Positions 1 through 9,792 of a stretch of 64,000 nucleotides of DNA are shown here, piece by piece. Source of the DNA: Oligoflexales bacterium (lineage in GTDB: Bacteria; Bdellovibrionota_B; Oligoflexia; Oligoflexales; JAPPIL01). The notes beneath the pieces are model-generated. The model was not told where the DNA came from and did not search any database. It saw only the letters and a program-made list of their open reading frames with translations. Location of the stretch: positions 864,001 through 928,000 of the forward strand of contig OZ244057.1 of NCBI GenBank assembly GCA_965215515.1, read 5' to 3'. The position numbers and the translations under genes are program-made. The first letter of the stretch is position 1. The number at the start of each line of letters is the position of its first letter.

Positions 1-44
1 ATCGTCTTGGGAACAAACGAGGTGTGCATGACAGGTGGTGCTGT

Positions 45-530
45 TTATCGTTTAGCAGCTCCTGCTCGCAAGGCATTGACGGCGTGAGCAGTGCTGTGTG
101 CGGTGTGCTGAGGCAAGCTTTGTTGCAGTTGTTGCTGCACGCGTTGTAGGATGATGCGTTTGAGTTCGACATGCAGTGTGCGGCAAAAGGCATCGACAAC
201 CTGCTGCACTTCGTTTTTTATCTGTGCTGCTACTTTACCGCCTTCGGCAGCAAGCAGGGCCGCTTCTTGTTCGGCATCGGCAAGTGTCTGGGCTTCCAGG
301 GCGGGTAACTCTTGGTTGAGGCGGGTGCGCTCTCTTTGTGCTTCTGCTTCCAGTGCTGTCAGTTCGGCGGCCTTAGCACTGGCAGCACGGGCACGGTGCA
401 AAAAATCCTCGTGCTGGCTATGAGCAAAGCGCTGCAACGGCTGGCGAATGAAGTAAAGGAGCACCGCGAGGAACGTAAAAAAGTTAATAAACGGAAACAA
501 CATACCGCTTAAAAACTCAACGCCTTGCAT
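45..530 (-). CDS. atpF: ATP synthase F0 subunit b
   Basis: N-terminal TM helix with INFFTFLAVLLYF..PL motif, then a long charged helix; tandem with b'. Confidence 0.75.
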   Translation of the reverse strand: MQGVEFLSGMLFPFINFFTFLAVLLYFIRQPLQRFAHSQHEDFLHRARAASAKAAELTALEAEAQRERTRLNQELPALEAQTLADAEQEAALLAAEGGKVAAQIKNEVQQVVDAFCRTLHVELKRIILQRVQQQLQQSLPQHTAHSTAHAVNALRAGAAKR

Positions 531-975
531 GCTGCCTCTCGTTAGCTGGCAACAGGAGGTCTAGCATTTCCTGGCTGATACTGCCGACTGCGCTGTCGAG
601 GTCAGCTTGTGCTGCCGCGAATTCTTGCCGCAGGCTGGCTTTCGCTGCTTTGATGGCGGCCTCCGCTTCCCGCGTAGCCGCGACGATCAACTCCTCGCGG
701 CGGGCACGTGCCTGTTCGTATTTTTTGCGTCGCAACTGGGCGAGGGCGCTGAGTCTGCTTCTGCGTTGCTCTCGCAATTCGTGCAATTCTTTCTCCAACG
801 CAGCAGCGCGTGCCGCCGCGGCCGCTTGCTTACGCTCGGTATATTCGAGCCGCTTGGCTTTCAGTTCTAGGTAGGGTTCTATCAGCAGTTTTTTGATAAC
901 GACGGTGTTGGCGATAAAAATACCAGCCTGCACCAACAACACCCGCGGCACGGGCACGAGATTGAAATCCGCCAT
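517..975 (-). CDS. ATP synthase F0 subunit b' (second b paralog)
   Basis: LLVQAGIFIANTVVIKKLLIEPYL pattern plus coiled coil; GGAGG RBS before ATG 975; overlaps atpF. Confidence 0.75.
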   Translation of the reverse strand: MADFNLVPVPRVLLVQAGIFIANTVVIKKLLIEPYLELKAKRLEYTERKQAAAAARAAALEKELHELREQRRSRLSALAQLRRKKYEQARARREELIVAATREAEAAIKAAKASLRQEFAAAQADLDSAVGSISQEMLDLLLPANERQHARR

Positions 976-1064
976 GCTAGCCTCCCCAGCAGCAGGGTTT
1001 ACTATCACCCGACAAGCGTTTGTGCAAGATTATTGTGTTCCGCTCACCTAACGGCATACTAGCC

Positions 1065-1421
1065 GTAGATGCCCCCCTGAAAAATAGATACTTAATTGTG
1101 GGCAAGCGGACGGTGTGGTTAACGATGTTTACGTGGTGTCCTGCACTCAGCAGGACACCACACCCCTTAACCATCGACAGATGCCGACAGCACCATGCCT
1201 CGGAGCAAAAAACGTGCCACAAGCTAACCACCCTGTCATACAGGTAGTGACGAGTCTCGCTACCCTTCGCCATGTCTCGTATCTGTCCTACATGGGACAC
1301 TGCTGTTCCATGCCAGGACGAAAAATCGTGGAGGCAGGGACAGTGAGGCGATGTCCACCTGTGGCTCAGCGACATGGAGCTGACGGCATCGCACGTGTCC
1401 GCTTTTTACGGGGGCATCTAC
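1065..1421. mobile_element. MITE-like non-autonomous element or IS3-family remnant (~357 bp)
   Basis: Terminal inverted repeats GTAGATGCCCCC (12 bp perfect, 21/27 extended: GTAGATGCCCCCCTGAAAAATAGATAC vs GTAGATGCCCCCGTAAAAAGCGGACAC); no transposase ORF inside. Confidence 0.55.
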
Positions 1422-1452
1422 ACTTAGCGAAGCACCGCGAATGGCAAAAAAA

Positions 1453-1902
1453 CTATTTCCGATGAGGACAGTCTTTCTTCTGGCAGTGTCCATAAAGCAC
1501 GTGGTGGTGCGAGGACAATTTAAAGCCATGCTGTTGAGCGATTTCAAGCTGTTGTTGCTCGATGACGGGATGGCAAAACTCGGTCACAGTATGACAATCG
1601 AGGCAAACGAGATGATCATGATGATCGTTAGGGTCGATAATTTCAAACACCGAACGCCCATCGGTGAAACTGCACTGCTCGACCAAACCCGCGTCCTTGA
1701 GAAGATTGAGAGTGCGATAGACGGTGGCAATGCTGGCACGTGAACCAGCCTTTTTCATCAAAACATGCAACTCCTCCGCGCTGAGATGAGGACGAGCAGT
1801 GAGAAAAAACTCCACCACCTCCCGTCGCGTCCCCGTCTGCTTGAGGCCACGTGCCGAGAGATAAGCTTCGAGCTTATCCCAGAACCAGGCGAACCTTTCC
1901 AT
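1453..1902 (-). CDS. fur: Fur family transcriptional regulator
   Basis: HLSAEEL, SIATVYRTL, HHDHLVCLDC and C-terminal Cys motifs. Confidence 0.92.
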   Translation of the reverse strand: MERFAWFWDKLEAYLSARGLKQTGTRREVVEFFLTARPHLSAEELHVLMKKAGSRASIATVYRTLNLLKDAGLVEQCSFTDGRSVFEIIDPNDHHDHLVCLDCHTVTEFCHPVIEQQQLEIAQQHGFKLSSHHHVLYGHCQKKDCPHRK

Positions 1903-1925
1903 GCTCCACACCATACCAGCAGACG

Positions 1926-3134
1926 CTAACGCCTGTCAAAATTTGCCCGCTTGCCGCGACGCTCAGCGACATCGATCACCTGCGGTTGCCAGAGCTTGTT
2001 CTTCGCACTACTAAAACGCCGCGCCAGACGCTTTGTCCAAGCCGCCGTGTAGCGGTTGTTGAGATTGGTACGCACGGCCTGGCGAGTGGCCGCGATAGCC
2101 TGTACCAGCCAAGCCAAACCACGATACCCAAGCAACCGTTGATCGATACGTCTAATCGTCGCCAGCTTAGTGGGGTTACTGCTCGTGCTCAATCCTGTCG
2201 GTAAATTACTGTAATTACTAATAAAATCAATATAAAAACCATCTTGCAACAAATTGCGCTCGACCACCTGTTGCGGTGATCGCCAGTGGTGTAAACCGAT
2301 AACAGGCATCTCCGCTAGCGTGTAGTATTTAAAAAGCTTGACGAAATATTTTAAAATTTTAAAATCATCAGGTAAGAAAATTGCGTCGAATTTGCGTAAT
2401 TGCCGATAGACAACCTCCGTCTTGCCTTCCGCCGCAGTAGCGATCGTTTCTTCTCGCACCTTAAACAAACGCCGCACCGCACGGCTCATCGAATCAAAAT
2501 CGTCGCGCTGATAAGAAGCGACGTTAAAACGCAATCCCGCGGCAGAGGCATAGCGTTTGATATGACGCGGCACATCGTTATCATCCGTGCTGTTAAGCAT
2601 AGCGATGCGCTTAAAACCACGTCTACGCATTTCAGATACCGCCTTGCGCACGAGATGACGAAAATCAGGAAAAATAGAATGCATTAAATAAGGATCATTA
2701 CTACGACGTGGGGCAAGATAAAGAATAGGAACATGATAATCCTGACAGATGGTCATAAAATTACGTATCTTAACACGCGGTAAATCAGTAATAACTCCAT
2801 GCAGTTGTCGCTTATGAAGAGCACGAGTCAAACGAGAGACTTGATGTTTACCATGCAACACTCGCAGGCGTAAATTAGCTCGTTCAGTACCCTGCTGAAG
2901 AAAAATCTTAAACCCATAACTAAGATCACGGTAGTGAGAATAAGGTTTTGAAAGCACAATAGCGATGTTTTTTGCCTGGGGTGGAATATGGAGATCACGA
3001 TCGCTAACATCGCCATCAAAGTTAGCACCGTGTTGGATATCTTTGGCAATGTGATAAAACTTGAGCGAGGAAGCACGTGGGTGCGCACAACTGCACAGCA
3101 ATAAAATAAAAACACCCCACCGCGTCAGTTCCAT
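1926..3134 (-). CDS. Lipoprotein with periplasmic-binding-protein fold, LpoA-like PBP activator candidate
   Basis: Lipobox LCSC; FDAIFLPD segment typical of LpoA-like/PBP1 proteins; overlaps the PBP1A stop. Confidence 0.55.
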   Translation of the reverse strand: MELTRWGVFILLLCSCAHPRASSLKFYHIAKDIQHGANFDGDVSDRDLHIPPQAKNIAIVLSKPYSHYRDLSYGFKIFLQQGTERANLRLRVLHGKHQVSRLTRALHKRQLHGVITDLPRVKIRNFMTICQDYHVPILYLAPRRSNDPYLMHSIFPDFRHLVRKAVSEMRRRGFKRIAMLNSTDDNDVPRHIKRYASAAGLRFNVASYQRDDFDSMSRAVRRLFKVREETIATAAEGKTEVVYRQLRKFDAIFLPDDFKILKYFVKLFKYYTLAEMPVIGLHHWRSPQQVVERNLLQDGFYIDFISNYSNLPTGLSTSSNPTKLATIRRIDQRLLGYRGLAWLVQAIAATRQAVRTNLNNRYTAAWTKRLARRFSSAKNKLWQPQVIDVAERRGKRANFDRR

Positions 3135-5095
3135 TTGAAAAATCCCCTAAAATCACGGTTCTTACTCAATGCCTCATAGGGCGAATAATGCCTGGTCGGT
3201 ACTTTTCCGACAGGGAAAAACATCCTGACCCCTCTCTTGTTATCGAGTGTGCCATAACGCGGATTAACACGTGCGGCTATCAGCCCGCGCGGCACAGCAA
3301 AACCACGGCGCGTCTGCGGAGGAGTAACTGCTTGCATAAACTTCGCCCACAAAGGCAAAGCTACTGTCGCCCCGTATGTGCGCCGAGAATTCTGCGAAAA
3401 GTCGTCCTTACCCACCCACACGACGGTGACCCGCTCCCTGCTGTAACCACAAAACCAATTGTCTTTTGCCTCATCGGATGTGCCCGTCTTGCCCGCAGCC
3501 CACCGATGCATGTTACGATAACGGCGGGCCGTGCCGTGTCTAAAAACATCCTGCATCGCAGCAGTCATCATGTAACTTACCTGAGCACTGAGCACATTCG
3601 CCTGTCTCTCCTTCCTAGACGGAGCGGTGTAAAGCACCTCACCATGACGATCGGTAATTTTTCTTATCGCGATCTGTGCCGTGCGAATCCCCAAGTTAGC
3701 AAACACCGCATAAGCGGTAGCCATTTCCGTCATGCGTACATCCGAACTGCCCAGCGCGGTCCCCGCCTCTTCCTTCAACGGGCTGGTGATACCAAAGCGC
3801 TGCGCATGCGCGATGATACGCTTGATGCCAAATTTTTTGGTGAGATCAATAACAGGTAGATTCAACGATTTGTAAAAAGAACGATAGAGCGTCGTTTCCT
3901 TGATAAATTCACTGCGCTGCTCACGAGGACGATAGGCATCGATAGAAATAGGGGCGAGCAGACTAACATCGTTCCACGCCATGCCATGTGACAAAGCATA
4001 GGAATAAACGATCGGTTTGAAAGCAGACCCAGAAGGTCGTAAGGCTTGCACAGTGCGATTAAACTTCGAACGCCGATAATCTTTACCACCGACCATCGTT
4101 AAAATTTCTCCACTGCGCGGATCGATACTCAACAGCGCAGCTTCCATCTCCGCAGCTTCTTTGTATTTGGTAATTTTATCAATATCAGCAATAATCTCCG
4201 TTGCCTGCCGCTGATGCGATAAATCAAGAGTCGTATGAATACGTAACCCTTGATCCCCAATCGTTGGCCAGCTGAGAATAGATGCAGCTCTCTTGATAAC
4301 ATAATCGACAAAATGTGGAGCAATTTCTATCCGCGGTGCACGGTAAAGTTGGAATTTAAGATCTTGCCGTGCAGCATCGTGCATTTGCTGGTTGTCAATC
4401 TTACCGCTGGCTGCCATCGCCTGTAAGACCTGTAACTGCCGCTGCCGCGCGGCGCGAGGAAAACGCATAGGATCATACTTGCCTGGCGCACGAAACAAAC
4501 CAGCAATCATTGCCGCTTCCGCCACAGTTAACTGCTGCACTTTCTTGCCAAAATAACGCCGCGCCGCCGCACCGACACCATAGGAACGATTGCCGAGAAA
4601 GAAGTTGTTAAGATAGATATCGAGAATTTTTTCTTTCGACAAAATACGTTCTAGTTCGATGGCAAGAAAAATTTCTTTTATTTTGCGCCGTAAAGTTCTT
4701 TTGCTAGTCAAACTGTAGTTTTTGATTACCTGCTGTGTAATAGTGCTCGCTCCTTGTTTGATGCCACCTGCTTTTAGGTTATGCCAGAAAGCGCGCAACA
4801 TCGCCTTGCTATCAATACCATTGTGGTTAAAAAAATTGCGATCTTCGCTAGCCAGCACTGCATCGATAATTAGCGCAGGCATTTTTTCCCACGGCACATA
4901 GATGCGATAGCGAGAAAAAACCTCCGCTATCACCTGTCCATCACGGGCGTACACCAAGGTGTTATCACGCTGCGTATGGTCAATAACACTGTCTAGTGCT
5001 TGGGCATGATTGAAGTCAACAATGTCTGTAATCCAAACCACGCATACACTCAGCACGATTCCCGCGAACAGTGACAGAGCAACCAAATAACGCAT
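3125..5095 (-). CDS. mrcA: Class A penicillin-binding protein (PBP1A family)
   Basis: Transglycosylase EDRNF, GASTITQQ, RKIKE; transpeptidase SAFK, SLN, KTG. Confidence 0.9.
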   Translation of the reverse strand: MRYLVALSLFAGIVLSVCVVWITDIVDFNHAQALDSVIDHTQRDNTLVYARDGQVIAEVFSRYRIYVPWEKMPALIIDAVLASEDRNFFNHNGIDSKAMLRAFWHNLKAGGIKQGASTITQQVIKNYSLTSKRTLRRKIKEIFLAIELERILSKEKILDIYLNNFFLGNRSYGVGAAARRYFGKKVQQLTVAEAAMIAGLFRAPGKYDPMRFPRAARQRQLQVLQAMAASGKIDNQQMHDAARQDLKFQLYRAPRIEIAPHFVDYVIKRAASILSWPTIGDQGLRIHTTLDLSHQRQATEIIADIDKITKYKEAAEMEAALLSIDPRSGEILTMVGGKDYRRSKFNRTVQALRPSGSAFKPIVYSYALSHGMAWNDVSLLAPISIDAYRPREQRSEFIKETTLYRSFYKSLNLPVIDLTKKFGIKRIIAHAQRFGITSPLKEEAGTALGSSDVRMTEMATAYAVFANLGIRTAQIAIRKITDRHGEVLYTAPSRKERQANVLSAQVSYMMTAAMQDVFRHGTARRYRNMHRWAAGKTGTSDEAKDNWFCGYSRERVTVVWVGKDDFSQNSRRTYGATVALPLWAKFMQAVTPPQTRRGFAVPRGLIAARVNPRYGTLDNKRGVRMFFPVGKVPTRHYSPYEALSKNRDFRGFFKWN

Positions 5096-5182
5096 GTTCA
5101 AATAACTTCCGCATTGTTGCGGGAAGACCATCGGCGCATGCGCTTAAATGCTTAGTCTCTGATGATAACAATTTTTGTGCTA

Positions 5183-5644
5183 TTACAGCTGTGCAGGGGT
5201 TGGCACACCTTTTTGCCTATCGGTCGAGCCAAACCCGCCCTGCCGTTGTGTCGCGGGTTGTGGCAAACAGACTAAACGATGGCTGAGCGCCACCACCATC
5301 TGCGCGATACGATCACCCGCGGTGATACGAAAAGTCTCGCGACCACAGTTGTAGAGTAAAACCTTGATTTCGCCACGATAATCGGCATCGATCGTGCCTA
5401 CTCCGTTCAGCAGGGTAATACCGTGTCGTGCTGCCAACCCTGATCTTGCCCTGAGGGTAATTTCGGGCACGTAGCCCTCAGGCACCTGTTCCCAAGCAAC
5501 TGCGGTTATGTAGACACCCGTGCGCACTGCTGAGCTTTGCGTAGGGGCAAGTACCGCGTCCACGCACGCACACAGATCAGCGGCAGCACTGTGAGCGGTC
5601 ATGTAAGCAGGCGGGAAGCGTTTATCATAACGTAAAGTGAACAC
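5183..5644 (-). CDS. dut: dUTP diphosphatase
   Basis: RSGLA, GTIDADYRGE, GDRIAQ, RQGGFGST. Confidence 0.95.
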   Translation of the reverse strand: MFTLRYDKRFPPAYMTAHSAAADLCACVDAVLAPTQSSAVRTGVYITAVAWEQVPEGYVPEITLRARSGLAARHGITLLNGVGTIDADYRGEIKVLLYNCGRETFRITAGDRIAQMVVALSHRLVCLPQPATQRQGGFGSTDRQKGVPTPAQL

Positions 5645-5656
5645 GTCCGTTAACTC

Positions 5657-6613
5657 CTATTCGGCAAAATGACAAGCGACTTGTGTCCCTTCGACGTTAC
5701 GCAGGACTGGAGCTTGCACACGGCATATCTGTTGTACCCGTGGGCAGCGGGTGTGAAACGCACAGCCGCGCGGTGGGTCGAAGGGTGAGGGTATCTCCCC
5801 TTTCACCGCGGGTGGTTTAGGTCGAGTACCGAGAGCGATACGTGCCGTGCTATCCAGCAGTGCCTGTGTGTAGGGATGGCGTGGTCGGGCGAAGACAGCC
5901 GCGGCACGACCGTATTCCGCCACCTTGCCGAAATACATGACGAGAATATCGTCCGAGATGTGGCTGACCACCGCGAGATCATGGGCGATAACGACGTAGC
6001 TCAGCTGGTAGTCACGCTGTAAAGCCATCAACAAGTTAATGATCTGCGCTTGCACCGAGATGTCGAGTGCTGACACAGGCTCGTCGCAGATAACTATTTG
6101 GGGGCGCATGATGATGGCTCGTGCAATCCCGATGCGTTGCCGCTGTCCGCCGCTAAACATATGCGGGTAGCGATGCCAGTAGACACTTGTCAAGCCTACT
6201 TGTGTCAATACTTCCTGCGCACGTTGCCGACACTCTTGCCGCGACAAAGCAGAATTGACTATTAACGGCTCGGCAACGATGTCGAGCGCTTTGCGGCGTG
6301 GATTGAGCGAGCCGTGGCAGTCTTGAAAAATCATCTGTATACTGCGTCGAAACTCGGCAAGATTGATTGCCGAGTATGGTTTAGCGTGCAGGTAGAGTTT
6401 ACCTGCACTGACGTTTTCGATCTGCATCAGCATCTTGGCTATAGTTGATTTGCCGCACCCTGATTCTCCGATGATACCGAGGGTACGTTGCCGTGCCAGG
6501 GTAAAGCTGACATCGTTGACCACGGTGATTTCTTTGCGCACGTGGGTATAGTGTTTGACGAGATGGCGTGCTTCGAGACAGGGTGTTGCCTCTATGACAG
6601 GGGGTAGTGGCAT
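5657..6613 (-). CDS. dppF: Dipeptide/oligopeptide ABC transporter ATPase
   Basis: GESGCGKS, FSGGQRQR, C-terminal oligo_HPY Cys cluster. Confidence 0.88.
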   Translation of the reverse strand: MPLPPVIEATPCLEARHLVKHYTHVRKEITVVNDVSFTLARQRTLGIIGESGCGKSTIAKMLMQIENVSAGKLYLHAKPYSAINLAEFRRSIQMIFQDCHGSLNPRRKALDIVAEPLIVNSALSRQECRQRAQEVLTQVGLTSVYWHRYPHMFSGGQRQRIGIARAIIMRPQIVICDEPVSALDISVQAQIINLLMALQRDYQLSYVVIAHDLAVVSHISDDILVMYFGKVAEYGRAAAVFARPRHPYTQALLDSTARIALGTRPKPPAVKGEIPSPFDPPRGCAFHTRCPRVQQICRVQAPVLRNVEGTQVACHFAE

Positions 6614-7557
6614 TTTACGGGTCGCTTGTGGGTTAAATCGTAGGGGGGTTTTGTGCGGCGGCACAACTCTGTCGCATACCGACAGCGTGGGTGAAAGGCA
6701 CAACCGCTGATGTTATCGTAGATGCTCGGCACATGTCCTGCGATGGTCGGTAATTCTGCGCCACGTGTTGTTGTCACTGCGGGCAGAGTGTCGAGCAGGG
6801 CTTTCGTATAGGGGTGCCGCGGGGTGAGCAGAACTTCTTTGGTGTTGCCGCTTTCCACTGTTTCACCAGCGTAGACGACGATGATGGAGTTACAGTGTTC
6901 GAAGACAACGTTGAGGTCATGGGTGATAAGTATCATGCTCATTGCTTTTTGCTGTTGTAATTCAGCTAGCAAGGCGAGGATTTGTTTACTGATGGTAACG
7001 TCGAGGGCGGTGGTCGGCTCGTCGGCGATCAGTAGTTTGGGTTGACAGGCGAGGGCGATAGCGACCATCACCCGTTGTGCCATCCCTCCTGACAGTTCGT
7101 GTGGATAGCTGTGCAGGCGTTTTTCTGCGGCGGGAATACCTACCTGTTGTAGTAGTGCGATCGCTTTTGCGCGGTAGGCAGCACGTGAGGCTTGTGGTTG
7201 GTGCACGCGCAGGGTTTCCTGCAATTGGTAACTGACGGTGAAGCAGGGATCGAGGCTGCTCATCGGATTTTGCATGATCATGGCAATCCCTACCCCGCGC
7301 AAGTGGGTGCGACGACTGCGATGCAGGGCGAGTAGATTGGCTTGTTGAAAGTTTAAACGCTGGGCGCGGAGCGTGGCATTGTTGGGCAGGAGGTCGATAA
7401 TAGCGAGGCTAGCGATACTTTTGCCCGACCCTGATTCACCCACGATACCGAGCGTGTCACCTTCGGCCACGTTGAAGCTAAAGTCTTTGACTGCGCACAC
7501 CTTGCCGAGATTAGTACAAAACTCGACTGCCAGTTGTTTCACTTCCAACAAGGCCAT
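6592..7557 (-). CDS. dppD: Dipeptide/oligopeptide ABC transporter ATPase
   Basis: [28 protein letters not shown]. Confidence 0.9.
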   Translation of the reverse strand: MALLEVKQLAVEFCTNLGKVCAVKDFSFNVAEGDTLGIVGESGSGKSIASLAIIDLLPNNATLRAQRLNFQQANLLALHRSRRTHLRGVGIAMIMQNPMSSLDPCFTVSYQLQETLRVHQPQASRAAYRAKAIALLQQVGIPAAEKRLHSYPHELSGGMAQRVMVAIALACQPKLLIADEPTTALDVTISKQILALLAELQQQKAMSMILITHDLNVVFEHCNSIIVVYAGETVESGNTKEVLLTPRHPYTKALLDTLPAVTTTRGAELPTIAGHVPSIYDNISGCAFHPRCRYATELCRRTKPPYDLTHKRPVKCHYPLS

Positions 7558-7560
7558 TGT

Positions 7561-8424
7561 TTATAGTTGCCGTAGTTTGGAGTCGAGACAATCACGTAGC
7601 ATGTCGCCGACCAGGTTGAAGGCCACCACGACGATGAGCACGCAGCAGCCAGGGAGAATTACCAGCCATGGTTCGCTGGCGATGTAGGGGCGGGCATCTG
7701 CCAGCATTGTGCCCCATTCGGGGGTGGGGGGTTGTGCTCCCAGTCCGAGAAAGCCCAGCGCGGCGATGTTGAGGATACCGTCGCTGAAGGCCAGGGTTGC
7801 TTGTACCGTTATCGGAGCGATGCAGTTAGGCAGGATATCGACACAGGCGATGCGCACGTGTCCCGCTCCGTAGCTGCGTGCACAGACGACGTAGTCCTTG
7901 ACTTTCTCTGCCATGACACTGGCACGCACTAAGCGCACAAAATACGGCACGGACACGACACTGATGGCGATGACGGTGTTAAAGAGGCTTGTGCCTAGAA
8001 TACTGACCACGACGATAGCCAGTAGGATACTGGGCAAGCTCAGCACGATATCGGTGATACGCATGATAACGATATCGGTCATCCCGCCGAGGTAGCCTGC
8101 GCATAGACCGATGGAGACACCGCAGATGGTTGAGGTTAGGACGATAAACAGCCCTAGCATCACCGACACTCTTGCACCGTGGAGGAGACGGCTGAAAATA
8201 TCTCGCCCGACATCGTCTGTGCCTAGCCAAAATTGTCCGCTCGGCTTCAGGAGGATAGCTTCGGTAAAGATGTGGTTCGGGTTATGAGGGCTGATAAAGT
8301 CGGCGCAGAGAGCGATGAGAAAAAAAAAGGCGATGATCGTCAGTCCTAGTAATGCTCCTTTGCTGCGGGAAAAATTACGCCAGAACTCTCGTAGGGGTGA
8401 TGGTGGTGTGATGGTAGTGTTCAT
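7561..8424 (-). CDS. dppC: Dipeptide ABC transporter permease
   Basis: LGTDDVGRD, GLGAQPPTPEWG. Confidence 0.9.
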   Translation of the reverse strand: MNTTITPPSPLREFWRNFSRSKGALLGLTIIAFFFLIALCADFISPHNPNHIFTEAILLKPSGQFWLGTDDVGRDIFSRLLHGARVSVMLGLFIVLTSTICGVSIGLCAGYLGGMTDIVIMRITDIVLSLPSILLAIVVVSILGTSLFNTVIAISVVSVPYFVRLVRASVMAEKVKDYVVCARSYGAGHVRIACVDILPNCIAPITVQATLAFSDGILNIAALGFLGLGAQPPTPEWGTMLADARPYIASEPWLVILPGCCVLIVVVAFNLVGDMLRDCLDSKLRQL

Positions 8425-9434
8425 GAAATGCGCAGCCGCGGGTTGATAAGTGCGTAGATGACATCGATGCTGAGGTTGATGATAACGATTAGAGTACCGA
8501 TCAGCAGGACACCGCCTTGAATGACGGGGTAGTCGCGGGCGGTGATGCTGTGCAAGATCCATTTACCGATTCCGGGCCAGGAGAAGATAGTTTCGGTCAG
8601 GATTGCTCCTGCCACCAGGGTGCTGACCAGCAGACCGATGACGGTGACGATGGGGATAAAGGCGTTGCGCAGCCCGTGAATCCAGTACACGGCAAACTTC
8701 GACAGGCCTTTGGCGCGTGCGGCGAGCATATAGTCTTCGCCGATAATTTCTAGCATACTCGCACGGGTGATACGGGCGATCAGGGCTAGGGGTATTGTGC
8801 CCATCGCCACGGCGGGTAGGATTAGGTGGCGCATGGCATCGCGGAACAGCTCGCCGCGATCTTCGCTCACTAGCAGTGTATCGATAAGCATGAAGCCAGT
8901 CACCGAGGGGACATCGTAGATCATGCCGATTCGTCCTGAGACGGGGGTCAGTTCTAGCCAGACCGAGAAGGTGATGATGAGGAGCAGTCCCCACCAGAAA
9001 ATCGGCATCGAATAACCGAGCAGGGAGGTGAACATGACGCTGTAGTCGAGCAGGCCGTTACGGTTGAGGGCTGCCAGCATCCCTAGGGGGATACCCAGCA
9101 CGATCCCGAACAGCATTGCCATCAGTGCTAATTCCAGTGTGGCGGGGAAGCGGGAGAAAAATTCGTGCAGCACGCTGGTTTTGGAGACGATCGAGTCGCC
9201 GAGATTGCCTTGCAGGGCGTTGCTGAGGAAGGCAAGGTATTGCTGTGGCAGGGGTAGGTGCAGACCGAGGGTGCGCTGCATGTGAGCGTAGGTTTCTGGG
9301 CTTGCGTATCGCTCTCCTAGCAGCAGCAGGACGGGATCGCCTGGTACCAGTCTGATCAAGCTGAAGGAGATCAGCGAGATACCCCACAGCGTGATAACGA
9401 ACACAACGACGCGTTTCAGCAGGTAACGTGCCAT
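8421..9434 (-). CDS. dppB: Dipeptide ABC transporter permease
   Basis: PGDP, RFPATLEL, ARAKGL, ETIFSWPGIG, RDYP. Confidence 0.92.
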   Translation of the reverse strand: MARYLLKRVVVFVITLWGISLISFSLIRLVPGDPVLLLLGERYASPETYAHMQRTLGLHLPLPQQYLAFLSNALQGNLGDSIVSKTSVLHEFFSRFPATLELALMAMLFGIVLGIPLGMLAALNRNGLLDYSVMFTSLLGYSMPIFWWGLLLIITFSVWLELTPVSGRIGMIYDVPSVTGFMLIDTLLVSEDRGELFRDAMRHLILPAVAMGTIPLALIARITRASMLEIIGEDYMLAARAKGLSKFAVYWIHGLRNAFIPIVTVIGLLVSTLVAGAILTETIFSWPGIGKWILHSITARDYPVIQGGVLLIGTLIVIINLSIDVIYALINPRLRIS

Positions 9435-9498
9435 GCACAGTTCTCTTGTCCGTTTTTACACGACTGGTGGTCGCTTACCATAGCGCGGCGTGTCTGGC

Positions 9499-9518
9499 AA
9501 TGATAGTGGGCCTAGCCT
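9499..9518 (+). repeat. Putative inversion site S1 (AATGATAGTGGGCCTAGCCT)
   Basis: Identical to the reverse complement of 10487-10506; 19/20 identical to 11894-11913. Confidence 0.8.
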
Positions 9519-9725
9519 AAAGTCTACGTCTCTTGTGCCGCAGGTCGACAAGCACCACCAACTGAGATGGAAACAGCAGTAGATGGAAACGTAGAACAGT
9601 GTGATGATAATAATGCTGGTACAGACGGCACTCAGTGTACAATCGTTGCTACCGATAGTGAAAAATGCACTGTGGTGGTTAAAAGCGGAGATGTAAGTGT
9701 CATGAAAAGTTTGGATTTGTCGTAA
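9499..9725 (+). pseudogene. Silent lipoprotein C-terminal cassette A (no start or signal peptide; 1-nt frameshift at AAA 9519-9521)
   Basis: NDSGPSL followed, with one extra A, by KVYVSC...CTVVVKSGDVSVMKSLDLS*; acidic and Cys-containing like the other cassettes. Confidence 0.65.
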
Positions 9726-9747
9726 TTATTGATCTGCGCAAAGAAAA

Positions 9748-9773
9748 GGAGGAGGAGCGCATGCCTCCTCCTC
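9748..9773. terminator. Hairpin between convergent cassettes A and B (probable bidirectional terminator)
   Basis: GAGGAGG...CCTCCTC stem with an A-run on the left. Confidence 0.6.
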
Positions 9774-9792
9774 GTGTTTGGCAAGGACTCCC

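Noticed and set aside
1..29. Start of a further minus-strand gene (MHTSFVPKT), possibly another atp subunit
   Set aside because: Too short to identify.
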